A stretch of DNA of 64,000 nucleotides from Methanocaldococcus sp. 16A. GTDB taxonomy: Archaea > AGJL01 > Methanococci > Methanococcales > Methanocaldococcaceae. Within the stretch, counting starts at the first letter, position 1. Each line of letters starts with the position of its first letter. Below, piece by piece: positions 55,397 to 64,000 of this stretch. The stretch lies in NCBI GenBank assembly GCA_049860595.1, contig CP187551.1. One strand, written 5' to 3'. Position numbers and translations under genes: made by a program. The notes under the pieces are model-generated. The model did no database searches and was not told the DNA's origin. It was given only the letters and a program-made list of their open reading frames with translations.

Positions 55397-56338
55397 ATGA
55401 TTCCAGAAGAAATTTACAAAATTTTGAGGAAGCAGAGATATCAAATAGACAATCACACAGCAGTTAAGTTATGTGGATGGGTTAGAAAAAAGATGTTGGA
55501 AGATAAAAATTGCTATAAATCAAAATTTTATGGTATTGAGACACACAGATGTATTCAATGCACCCCATCAGTTATTTGGTGTCAGCAAAATTGTATATTC
55601 TGTTGGAGAGTTTTGCCAATGGATATTGGCATAAACATAAATGAAATTAAAGAACCAAAATGGGATGAGCCAAAGGAAGTGTATGAGAAAATTTTAGCCA
55701 TGCATAGAAGAATAATTTTAGGATATAAGGGAGTATTGGATAGAGTTGGAGAGAAAAAATTTAAAGAGGCTTTAGAGCCAAAGCATGTTGCTATATCTTT
55801 ATCAGGAGAACCTACTCTTTATCCATACTTAGATGAATTAATAAAAATATTCCATAAGAATGGATTTACAACATTTGTTGTCTCAAATGGAATCTTAACT
55901 GATGTTATTGAAAAAATAGAGCCAACTCAGCTATATATCTCATTGGATGCCTATGATTTGGATAGCTATAGAAGAATATGCGGAGGAAAGAAAGAGCATT
56001 GGGAAAATATCTTAAATACCTTAGACATTTTAAAAGAGAAAAAAAGAAGTTGTATAAGGACTACTTTAATTAGGGGCTGTAATGATGACATTTTAAAGTT
56101 TATGGAGTTATATGAAAGAGCTAATGTCCATTTCATTGAGTTAAAGTCATATATGCATGTAGGTTATTCACAAAAAAGATTGAAAAAAGAAGATATGCTA
56201 CAACATGATGAAATCCTAAAATTAGCTAAGATGTTAGAAGAAAACAGCTCATATAAATTAATTGATGATTGTGAAGATAGTAGAGTAGCGTTATTACAAA
56301 ATGAAAATAGAAAGATAAATCCAAAGATTTTTAATTAA
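55397..56338 (+). CDS. taw1: tRNA 4-demethylwyosine synthase (radical SAM, TYW1/Taw1)
   Basis: CYKSKFYGI, CQQNCIFCWR, AISLSGEPTLYP, KSYMHVG. Confidence 0.93.
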   Translation: MIPEEIYKILRKQRYQIDNHTAVKLCGWVRKKMLEDKNCYKSKFYGIETHRCIQCTPSVIWCQQNCIFCWRVLPMDIGININEIKEPKWDEPKEVYEKILAMHRRIILGYKGVLDRVGEKKFKEALEPKHVAISLSGEPTLYPYLDELIKIFHKNGFTTFVVSNGILTDVIEKIEPTQLYISLDAYDLDSYRRICGGKKEHWENILNTLDILKEKKRSCIRTTLIRGCNDDILKFMELYERANVHFIELKSYMHVGYSQKRLKKEDMLQHDEILKLAKMLEENSSYKLIDDCEDSRVALLQNENRKINPKIFN

Positions 56339-56342
56339 TTAA

Positions 56343-57545
56343 TTATTTTATTTTTTCTCTAAGAATAACTAAAGAGTTTTTATTTATATCATTTTCATTA
56401 AATCTCTCAATATATTCTCCATCTAAATAATTTAAAAGTTCTCTTCCAATCTCTCCAACAAATATGTATTGACAGTTAAAGTTTTTTAAAGCTTCAGATA
56501 GCTTTTTTACATCAATTTCTTCACAAACTACTCCAAAATCTCCGCCAATATAGATATCACCATCAAACACTTCTAAAAAATCTTTTATGGCATAATAGAT
56601 AGCTTTTACATCCAAACCAGGATTAATATTTTTTATTAAAATATTTTCATTAACTTTTTTAATTTCCATTCTATTTTTTATGGTGAAGGTTTTTAATCTT
56701 TCTTTTATCTCATCCACATCAACCAAATTTTTACAAATCTCTATTGCAAATAATGAATTTTCTACAAAATGTAATCCAAAGATGTTCTTGCTGAACTCAA
56801 ATATTTCATCAAAGTATTCAAATTTTAGAGGATATTTGTTTAAAATCTTTGCCTTATCTACATCAACAATATTTAGACATTTATGGTTTATTTTTAAGTT
56901 ATATCTGTTAATATCCCTCTTATTTATAAAAGATATTTCAGCATTTTTTAAAGAGCCAAATTTTGCAGTTAATGCGTCTCTTAATCCTTTTGCTATTTTA
57001 TAATTTTCTAATACATTTGTTATAGCTCCATATTTACATTTAATTAGTCCTAATGAAGTTTCAAATATAAAAAAGTCATATTTATCAACATCCAAACGAT
57101 TTAATACCTTTAGAATAGTTGGTGGAGCAATTGAGCCATAATTCGAGTTGTGTAAGTAAGTTGTATATTCTTCTTTTAAGATATGGTTTATTAATGATGT
57201 TGTTGTAGTCTTTCCCTTAACTCCAGTGATATTTATTATTTTTTTATGGATATTTCCAAATTTTTCCTTTAATATTTCAGATACTGCATCAGTAAATGGA
57301 ATAAAGTTAATATCTATTGGACAGTGTATAGGAGCTATAATTTTATCATACCTTTCAAAGTTTGGAGGTTCAAAAAATAGATTGAATTTATTTTTAAATC
57401 TTTCTTTTAATTTTAAATACCTTTCCTTAAAATCATCAGATTTTTTTATTTTTTGATAAATATCCCACACATCAACATCATAGCCCAAATTTAAATATTC
57501 TTCAGCTAAATTCAATGCTCCATGATTAACATCAACAATCAACAT
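56343..57545 (-). CDS. cfbE: Coenzyme F430 synthetase (Mur-ligase-like)
   Basis: DVNHGA, APIHC, ITGVKGKTTT, FETSLG, ENYKIA, NINPG. Confidence 0.82.
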   Translation of the reverse strand: MLIVDVNHGALNLAEEYLNLGYDVDVWDIYQKIKKSDDFKERYLKLKERFKNKFNLFFEPPNFERYDKIIAPIHCPIDINFIPFTDAVSEILKEKFGNIHKKIINITGVKGKTTTTSLINHILKEEYTTYLHNSNYGSIAPPTILKVLNRLDVDKYDFFIFETSLGLIKCKYGAITNVLENYKIAKGLRDALTAKFGSLKNAEISFINKRDINRYNLKINHKCLNIVDVDKAKILNKYPLKFEYFDEIFEFSKNIFGLHFVENSLFAIEICKNLVDVDEIKERLKTFTIKNRMEIKKVNENILIKNINPGLDVKAIYYAIKDFLEVFDGDIYIGGDFGVVCEEIDVKKLSEALKNFNCQYIFVGEIGRELLNYLDGEYIERFNENDINKNSLVILREKIK

Positions 57546-57591
57546 AAAAAACACCAAAAAAAATTTTAAATGGAAATTTTTGGAAAGGTCT

Positions 57592-58194
57592 TTAATTTGC
57601 ACTTCCTTTAAGCATTGCTATGACAAACCTCGTCTCTGCCTTATCCATCTCTTTTAATGAATTTCCTTCAATTATAAATGTATTGTTTATTCTTGTTATC
57701 GTTGCATTATGTTGTGTTCTTATAAACTTTATAACCATTGTTTTATTGTTGTGAATTAAATATTCACTCTCATTTATTTTAAGTTTATCTATTGATGTTT
57801 TTCCATTTGCAAAGATACTTTTTACAGTTACGGTTGTGTTTGTTCTGTTTAATTCAACAACTATATTGTGAGGATAAAGCTGATTAAACCACTCTAATTT
57901 TGTTATTAAATCAACTATTGAAACTCCTCCTTCATCTGGCTTTAAACTTAAATTTCCATAAATGTAAATCAATATTTTAGAGTGATAGTAATCATAAATC
58001 TCTTTATCAGTTGTATTTATCAACTTTACTTCTTTTGCTTCACCAATTGTAGCTCTTAAAGGAACTTTTATTGGAGTTCCATTAAACTCAATTACAATAT
58101 CTTTTTTTAAATCATTCATATTTTTAGAGGTAATGCACATAGACATTGAAGTTATTAATACAATTACTCCAAGAATTAATAGCAGTTTTTTCAT
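57592..58194 (-). CDS. Predicted secreted/lipoprotein, hypothetical
   Basis: MKK + hydrophobic segment + SMC lipobox-like motif; many NxT sequons. Confidence 0.72.
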   Translation of the reverse strand: MKKLLLILGVIVLITSMSMCITSKNMNDLKKDIVIEFNGTPIKVPLRATIGEAKEVKLINTTDKEIYDYYHSKILIYIYGNLSLKPDEGGVSIVDLITKLEWFNQLYPHNIVVELNRTNTTVTVKSIFANGKTSIDKLKINESEYLIHNNKTMVIKFIRTQHNATITRINNTFIIEGNSLKEMDKAETRFVIAMLKGSAN

Positions 58195-58853
58195 TTTTTC
58201 CCTCCTTTTATGTAATCATATCCATAATAAAGCAGGATAAACAAAATTACTAAATACCAATATTCTTTAACCCAGATTGATAAATAACCCAAATATGGAA
58301 TTACCAAAGGATGTCCATTTATAACTACAACTCTCTGCTTTATTTGGTTAACTGAAACGAGCTCTGGGTCGTGTATATTGTTATTGTCTCCTTTTATTAT
58401 AAAGTAAGTGTTATTATTAAATTTAACCTTATCAATGACTCTATGAATTACAGGTTTTGTAGGACTTTTAGAAATATTAACCTCTAATATTTTATAATTA
58501 CCTTTATCTGTTTTTAAATCACCTAAGACGTTTATTGAGATTTCTTTATTATCATAATTTTCTTTAAATATACATAGAGTTTTAGTTGGATTTAGATAAA
58601 GTTTATAATCTATTTCATATAACAAATATTGATAATAAGGCCAGTGAGCTTTATAAACAACAATATCTCCAACTTTAACATCATTTGGATTAAATTCAAA
58701 GCCAGCATTTTCTACTACAACCAAATCTCCTCTCTTCATTATTGGATACATACTATCAGAGACTACGACATTTACATGGCTCCAAATTAAAAACAAAACT
58801 ACTAAGAATATTATCCATTCAACAATATCTTTTTTACTGATTTTTAAGTTAAT
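58191..58853 (-). CDS. Signal peptidase I (Sec11-like), probable ATT start
   Basis: VVSDSMYP (Ser), VIHRV (His), KGDNN...D. The frame is open upstream of the track start (58796) up to an ATT 4 nt after GAGGTGA, restoring the N-terminal TM anchor. Confidence 0.88.
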   Translation of the reverse strand: MNLKISKKDIVEWIIFLVVLFLIWSHVNVVVSDSMYPIMKRGDLVVVENAGFEFNPNDVKVGDIVVYKAHWPYYQYLLYEIDYKLYLNPTKTLCIFKENYDNKEISINVLGDLKTDKGNYKILEVNISKSPTKPVIHRVIDKVKFNNNTYFIIKGDNNNIHDPELVSVNQIKQRVVVINGHPLVIPYLGYLSIWVKEYWYLVILFILLYYGYDYIKGGKK

Positions 58854-58865
58854 GTTTTCACCTCT

Positions 58866-59519
58866 CTAATATAAATGAGCATTTTTCATCATCCTTGGAA
58901 TTAAAGCCATTATAACACTTTCTCTGCATAAATCTTTTCTTGTTATGTTATTATCAGTTAGATAACCAATTAAACCAATATTTTTTCCAATATCTTTAAT
59001 TCCCGAAATTTTTTCAGCTATTTTTCCACCTTCAATTCCATTTAACACATTCTCAGCTACAATCTTTGGATATTCAAAGCCCTGAGATAAACCAACAGTC
59101 TCTTTAATTCCATCAAAAACAACACATACATGGATATCTATATAGTGTTCTCCCACTTTTATTAAACCTGCTTCTATTCCTACTGCATAAGTACATTGAA
59201 CTTTTTCAAATGCATTTTTAGCTCTGTTTAATGCTCCTAAATACGTTTCTTCCAGTCCAATAGGATGAGCTGAGACATTACTATCCACATCAACTCCAAC
59301 AACTTCAACAGTCCCTAAAACCTTTTCAAAACCTTCTTTAACCGCCTCTATTTTAACAGGATTTGTTGAACCAACAGCAACAACTCTCAACTTATGCCTT
59401 GCCATGCTCAGCTTTTTAGCTTCCTCAATACATTTTTCATTTTTACATAAAAATCTTCCAAATAAAAAAATTTCTGCTTTTTCACCACAAATCTCACATT
59501 TTTTATTCTCAAATTCCAT
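58866..59519 (-). CDS. Inosine/xanthosine triphosphatase (YjjX-like) with N-terminal Cys-rich extension
   Basis: VGSTNPVKIEAV, GALNRA, GIEAG, GLIGYLT. Confidence 0.88.
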   Translation of the reverse strand: MEFENKKCEICGEKAEIFLFGRFLCKNEKCIEEAKKLSMARHKLRVVAVGSTNPVKIEAVKEGFEKVLGTVEVVGVDVDSNVSAHPIGLEETYLGALNRAKNAFEKVQCTYAVGIEAGLIKVGEHYIDIHVCVVFDGIKETVGLSQGFEYPKIVAENVLNGIEGGKIAEKISGIKDIGKNIGLIGYLTDNNITRKDLCRESVIMALIPRMMKNAHLY

Positions 59520-59774
59520 TACAATCCCTTATTTATTTTTGAATTAATGTATTCGTAACTTATATATAAGCTATATGTTATTATCTATACCACCAACAAA
59601 AATATTTATTTGTTTGTTATTTGATTATTAAGATTATTAAATAGAACTCTAGAATAAATACTAAACAGCATTTTAATGCCTATAACATCATTTTTTCATT
59701 AGAATTGTAATAATTTTCAAAAATCTAATTTAAGTTCTTTACAATATATTAGAAAAATACTATGGGGGATTATT

Positions 59775-62700
59775 ATGGCTAAAAAATCTAAAAAAAATAA
59801 TGAAAATAAAAGTAATCTAAGATGTCCAATAGTTTGTGTTTTGGGGCATGTTGACCATGGAAAGTGTTTAATGCCTAACGAGAAAGTATTAACTCCTTTG
59901 GGAGAAATAAAAATAGAAGATTTATTTAAACAAGGAAAAGAGATTATTGAAAAAGATAATAATAAAATGATAAAAAAATTGGATATAGATGTTTATACAT
60001 TAGATGAAAATGGAAAAATTAAGATAATAAAAGCTCCTTATGTATGGAGATTAAAGCATAACGGAAAAATGATAAAGGTAAAGTTAAGAAATTGGCATGC
60101 TATAACAACAACACCTGAACATCCATTTTTAACAAATAATGGATGGATTAAGGCTGAAAATATTAAAAAAGGAGACTTTATAGCCATACCAAAAAAATTA
60201 GATAATAATATAAGCTTTAAAAAATTTGTAGAATTTTGTAAAGATAAATTTGATAATGAAAATATTTCATTGCCTAAATCATTAGATGAGTGGAAAACCA
60301 TATTTTATTTTGCTGGAAAGATATTTGGAGGCTATAAAGAATTTAAAAATGATAAACTAAATGAATTGGAAAAATTAATTAAGATTCTATTTGACCTAAA
60401 CATATTAAAAAATATCACATCATTTCCAAAGATATTATATATTGCTCCAAAGGAATTAGTTGCAGAGTTTATTAAAGGATACTTTGAAATGGCTGGAAAA
60501 ATTAATGCAAAACAAAATAGAGTTGAGATTTTTGGAATTTCAGAAGAATTTATTAGAGGATTTTCTATAATATTGTTGAGATTTGGAGTAATTTCAAAAA
60601 TTTATATTAGAAATAACAATGGCACAAAATATTACCAATTAAATATTGTAGGTAAAAGAAATTTAATAAACTTCAAAAATATTGGATTTGAGATAGATAT
60701 TTTAGACAAAATTATCGAAAAGAGCAGAAAGAGTGAGAAATATCCAATATATAAAGATATGAGAAGATTAAGAATTCTATTTGGATTAACGAAGAGTGAA
60801 GTAAATATTCCATATTATGAAAAATATGGGAATGGAGAAGAAATTCCTTCTTATGAAATTATTGAAAAATTTTTAAACTCATTAAAGCCAAAGAACTTAG
60901 ATAAGAAGATAAGAGTGTTAGAAGGGATAGAAAAAGATTTCAATTATTTAAAATCCTTTGAAAGTGATGGGTTAATAAAAGATAATAACTTAACTGAATT
61001 AGGAAAAGAGGCATTAAATATTTGGAAAAATCATGAATTTGGTGAAGATGATATTAAATACATGAAAAATTTAATTGAAAATATTGCATTTGTTGAAGTT
61101 GAAGATGTTGAAGTTATTGATTATGAGGGCTATGTGTATGATTTAACAACAGAAACACACAATTTTATAGCAAATGGTATTGTTGTACATAACACAACCC
61201 TATTAGATAAGATTAGAAAAACAAGAGTTGCTCAAAGAGAAGCTGGAGGAATAACCCAACATATTGGAGCGAGTGAGATTCCAATTGATGTTATAAAAAG
61301 AGTGTGTGGAGATTTATTAAAGATGTTAAAAGCTGATTTAAAAATTCCTGGATTATTAGTTATTGACACTCCAGGACATGAAGCATTCACTTCATTAAGA
61401 AAAAGAGGAGGAGCTTTGGCTGATATAGCTATATTAGTTGTTGATATAAACGAGGGCTTTAAACCTCAAACTATAGAAGCAGTTAATATATTAAGGCAAT
61501 GTAAAACCCCATTTGTTGTAGCGGCAAATAAAATTGACTTAATCCCAGGATGGAACTCTAAAGAAATTCCATTTATATTAAACTTTAATGAAAAGGCTCA
61601 ACATCCTAATGCTTTAACTGAATTTGAAATAAGATTGTATGAGAATGTAATAAAACCATTAAATGAGCTTGGTTTTGATGCTGATTTATATTCAAGAGTT
61701 CAAGATGTTACTAGAACTGTATGTATAATCCCTGTCTCGGCAGTAACTGGTGAAGGAATTCCTGATTTATTGATGATGGTTGCTGGATTAGCTCAGAGGT
61801 TTTTGGAAGATAGATTAAAGCTCAACGTTGAGGGGTATGCAAAAGGGACAATATTAGAGGTTAAAGAGGAAAAAGGATTAGGAACTACAATAGATGCAAT
61901 AATTTACGATGGAATAGCTAATAGAGGAGATTATTTAGTTGTAGGATTACCAGACGGTGTTTTAGTGACAAGAGTTAAAGCCTTATTAAAACCAAAACCA
62001 TTGGATGAAATGAGAGACCCAAGAGATAAATTTAAGCCTGTAAATGAAGTTACTGCTGCTGCAGGGGTTAAGATAGCAGCTCCAGATTTGGATAAAGTTA
62101 TTGCTGGATGTCCAATAAGGATTGTTCCAAAGGATATGATAGAGGAAGCAAAAGAAGAGGTAATGAGAGAGGTTGAAGAAGCAAAGATTGAGGTTGATAA
62201 TGAAGGAATTTTAATTAAAGCAGATACTCTTGGTTCATTAGAAGCTTTAGCTAATGAATTAAGGAAAGCAGGAGTTAAAATTAAGAAGGCAGAAGTTGGA
62301 GATATAACTAAAAAAGATGTTATTGAGGTTGCATCATACAAGCAGAGTAATCCATTACATGGAGCAATAGTAGGATTTAATGTAAAAATCTTACCTGAAG
62401 CTCAGAAAGAAATTGAAAAATATGACATAAAAGTGTTTTTAGATAATATTATCTACAAGTTAGTTGAGGACTTCACAGAATGGGTTAAAAAAGAGGAAGA
62501 GAGAATTAAATATGGTGAATTTGAAAAGCTCATTAAACCAGCTATTGTTAGAATTCTACCAGATTGTATATTTAGACAAAAAGACCCTGCAATTTGTGGA
62601 GTTGAAGTTATCTCTGGAACATTAAAAGTTGGTTATCCTTTAATGAGAGAGGATGGAATGCAACTTGGTTATGTTAGAGAGATAAAAGATAGAGGAGAAA

Positions 62701-62933
62701 ATGTCAAAGAGGCAAAAGCAGGTAAAGCTGTTTCAATAGCTATAGAAGGAAGAATTACATTAAAAAGGCATGTTGATGAAGGAGATTATATGTATGTAGC
62801 AGTTCCAGAAAGCCATGTTAGAGAGCTATATCACAAATACATGGATAGATTGAGAAACGACGAAAAAGAGGCATTATTAAAATACATGGAATTAATGCAA
62901 AAACTGACAAATAATATATTCTGGGGAAGATAA
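59775..62933 (+). CDS. infB: Translation initiation factor IF-2 (aIF5B), intein-containing
   Basis: GHVDHGK|intein|TTLLD, EAGGITQHIGA, DTPGHEAF, NKID. Confidence 0.96.
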   Translation: MAKKSKKNNENKSNLRCPIVCVLGHVDHGKCLMPNEKVLTPLGEIKIEDLFKQGKEIIEKDNNKMIKKLDIDVYTLDENGKIKIIKAPYVWRLKHNGKMIKVKLRNWHAITTTPEHPFLTNNGWIKAENIKKGDFIAIPKKLDNNISFKKFVEFCKDKFDNENISLPKSLDEWKTIFYFAGKIFGGYKEFKNDKLNELEKLIKILFDLNILKNITSFPKILYIAPKELVAEFIKGYFEMAGKINAKQNRVEIFGISEEFIRGFSIILLRFGVISKIYIRNNNGTKYYQLNIVGKRNLINFKNIGFEIDILDKIIEKSRKSEKYPIYKDMRRLRILFGLTKSEVNIPYYEKYGNGEEIPSYEIIEKFLNSLKPKNLDKKIRVLEGIEKDFNYLKSFESDGLIKDNNLTELGKEALNIWKNHEFGEDDIKYMKNLIENIAFVEVEDVEVIDYEGYVYDLTTETHNFIANGIVVHNTTLLDKIRKTRVAQREAGGITQHIGASEIPIDVIKRVCGDLLKMLKADLKIPGLLVIDTPGHEAFTSLRKRGGALADIAILVVDINEGFKPQTIEAVNILRQCKTPFVVAANKIDLIPGWNSKEIPFILNFNEKAQHPNALTEFEIRLYENVIKPLNELGFDADLYSRVQDVTRTVCIIPVSAVTGEGIPDLLMMVAGLAQRFLEDRLKLNVEGYAKGTILEVKEEKGLGTTIDAIIYDGIANRGDYLVVGLPDGVLVTRVKALLKPKPLDEMRDPRDKFKPVNEVTAAAGVKIAAPDLDKVIAGCPIRIVPKDMIEEAKEEVMREVEEAKIEVDNEGILIKADTLGSLEALANELRKAGVKIKKAEVGDITKKDVIEVASYKQSNPLHGAIVGFNVKILPEAQKEIEKYDIKVFLDNIIYKLVEDFTEWVKKEEERIKYGEFEKLIKPAIVRILPDCIFRQKDPAICGVEVISGTLKVGYPLMREDGMQLGYVREIKDRGENVKEAKAGKAVSIAIEGRITLKRHVDEGDYMYVAVPESHVRELYHKYMDRLRNDEKEALLKYMELMQKLTNNIFWGR
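59865..61193 (+). mobile_element. Intein (443 aa) in the IF-2 P-loop with degenerate LAGLIDADG-type endonuclease
   Basis: Starts CLMPNEKV; TTPEHPFLT block B; ends VYDLTTETHNFIANGIVVHN followed by Thr. Confidence 0.93.
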
Positions 62934-62944
62934 TTCCTATTTTT

Positions 62945-63907
62945 TTAGATTTTATTATTATCTAATATTTTATTGTATATATCAATAGCCTCTTCAATTC
63001 TACCCAATTTTTCAAGTATTCTCGCTTTTTTTATCAGTGAATTAGTTAGTATAAAATTATTGTATTTTAATTCTGAAATAAGCTCATCATAAATTTTTAA
63101 TGCTTCATCAAGTTTTTTTAAATGTTCATATACAACAGCTTTATAAAATTTTGCTTCAATATCTTTAGGAAACTTCTCTAAATATTTATTAAGACTTTTT
63201 AGGGCATCTTCATAATTTCCAGCAATTAATTCAATATATCCAATATCTTTATATGCATGTATCCAATCTTCATTTAATTCAACTGCAATATATAAACATT
63301 TAAGCGCCTCTTTGTATTTTCCCAATTTTTTTAACATTTTCCCTTTTAAATACCACGCATACGCATCATTTTTATTAATCTCTATCACTTTATCCAAGCA
63401 TTTAATTGTCTCTTCAACTTTTCCAATATCGTTGAGTAATATTGCTTTTTGTCTCCAAACTGATGACAACCTATCATTCAAAGACAAAAGTTCATCAAAA
63501 TTTTTTAATGCTTCTTCATATCTCCCCAATTCAATAAATATTAACGCTTTATGGAATGGAGATAGATAGCATTTTGATGATACTTTTGAGAGTTTATCAC
63601 TATACTTTAATGTTTTTTCATAATCTCCTTTAACAAAATTTAAACATATCAAATTTGCCCAAGATAACGGAGATTTTTCTTTCCCATTAGCTATTTTTTC
63701 AAAATATTTCATGGATGTTTCCATATCCCCCATAACTTTTAAAATTATGGCTTTTATATATAGAACTAAAGAATTTTTTGGGTCTAATAATAAAGCTTCA
63801 TCCAAATATTTTATTGCTTTTTCAAAATCCCCTTTATCAGAAGATTCAATCGCTTTAATAACATTTTTTAAAACTTCAAGAGTTTTTATCATATCATTAC
63901 AGTCCAT
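62945..63907 (-). CDS. Tetratricopeptide repeat protein
   Basis: Multiple TPR units (AWYLKG..L..LGKY.EAL). Confidence 0.88.
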   Translation of the reverse strand: MDCNDMIKTLEVLKNVIKAIESSDKGDFEKAIKYLDEALLLDPKNSLVLYIKAIILKVMGDMETSMKYFEKIANGKEKSPLSWANLICLNFVKGDYEKTLKYSDKLSKVSSKCYLSPFHKALIFIELGRYEEALKNFDELLSLNDRLSSVWRQKAILLNDIGKVEETIKCLDKVIEINKNDAYAWYLKGKMLKKLGKYKEALKCLYIAVELNEDWIHAYKDIGYIELIAGNYEDALKSLNKYLEKFPKDIEAKFYKAVVYEHLKKLDEALKIYDELISELKYNNFILTNSLIKKARILEKLGRIEEAIDIYNKILDNNKI

Positions 63908-64000
63908 TTACATCACTTTTATAATTTAGATTCGTAGATAAATATTTATAAATATTAAAATGAAACCAAAATATTTTAAACACTGTATTATTGAGTATAG

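Noticed and set aside
59641-59730. Further MITE-like copy upstream of infB
   Set aside because: Only a partial resemblance (ATAGAACT..GAATAAAT); too degenerate to support.

Overview
AT-rich archaeal chromosome segment, almost certainly from a Methanocaldococcus (Methanococcales) species, judged from gene content, GGTGA ribosome-binding sites and the ATTAAAGTCAGACCGATTCGGTATGGAAAN CRISPR repeat. It is mostly housekeeping and methanogen-specific genes: ilvB (partial), thymidylate synthase, Mrp, NAC, DGGGP synthase, FKBP, the full ehaA-O hydrogenase operon with three polyferredoxins and a leading HTH gene, korB/C, lysS, nadM, ppsA, rpl10e, minD, Connectase (DUF2121), nikR, RaSEA, cbiJ, nep1, surE, purA, an orphan C5 methyltransferase, alaS, pyrF, radB, comA/D/E, taw1, cfbE, signal peptidase and intein-containing IF-2. 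It also holds a cas-less CRISPR array (65 near-consensus plus 2 degenerate repeats, counted by eye). Features outside the ORF track: a dual-guide C/D box sRNA, a 59-aa membrane ORF, a TIR-bounded MITE-like family, and GC-rich hairpin elements flanked by 25-55 bp duplications of gene starts or ends. One of these insertions creates a bridging ORF that preserves translational coupling. Other leads are an RPA1/RPA2-like hypothetical gene pair, a possible Ile/Leu-rich leader peptide before ilvB, an ATT-initiated signal peptidase, and three atypical newest CRISPR spacers. All calls are from reading motifs by eye. M. jannaschii locus tags and literature are recalled from memory, and no searches were run.
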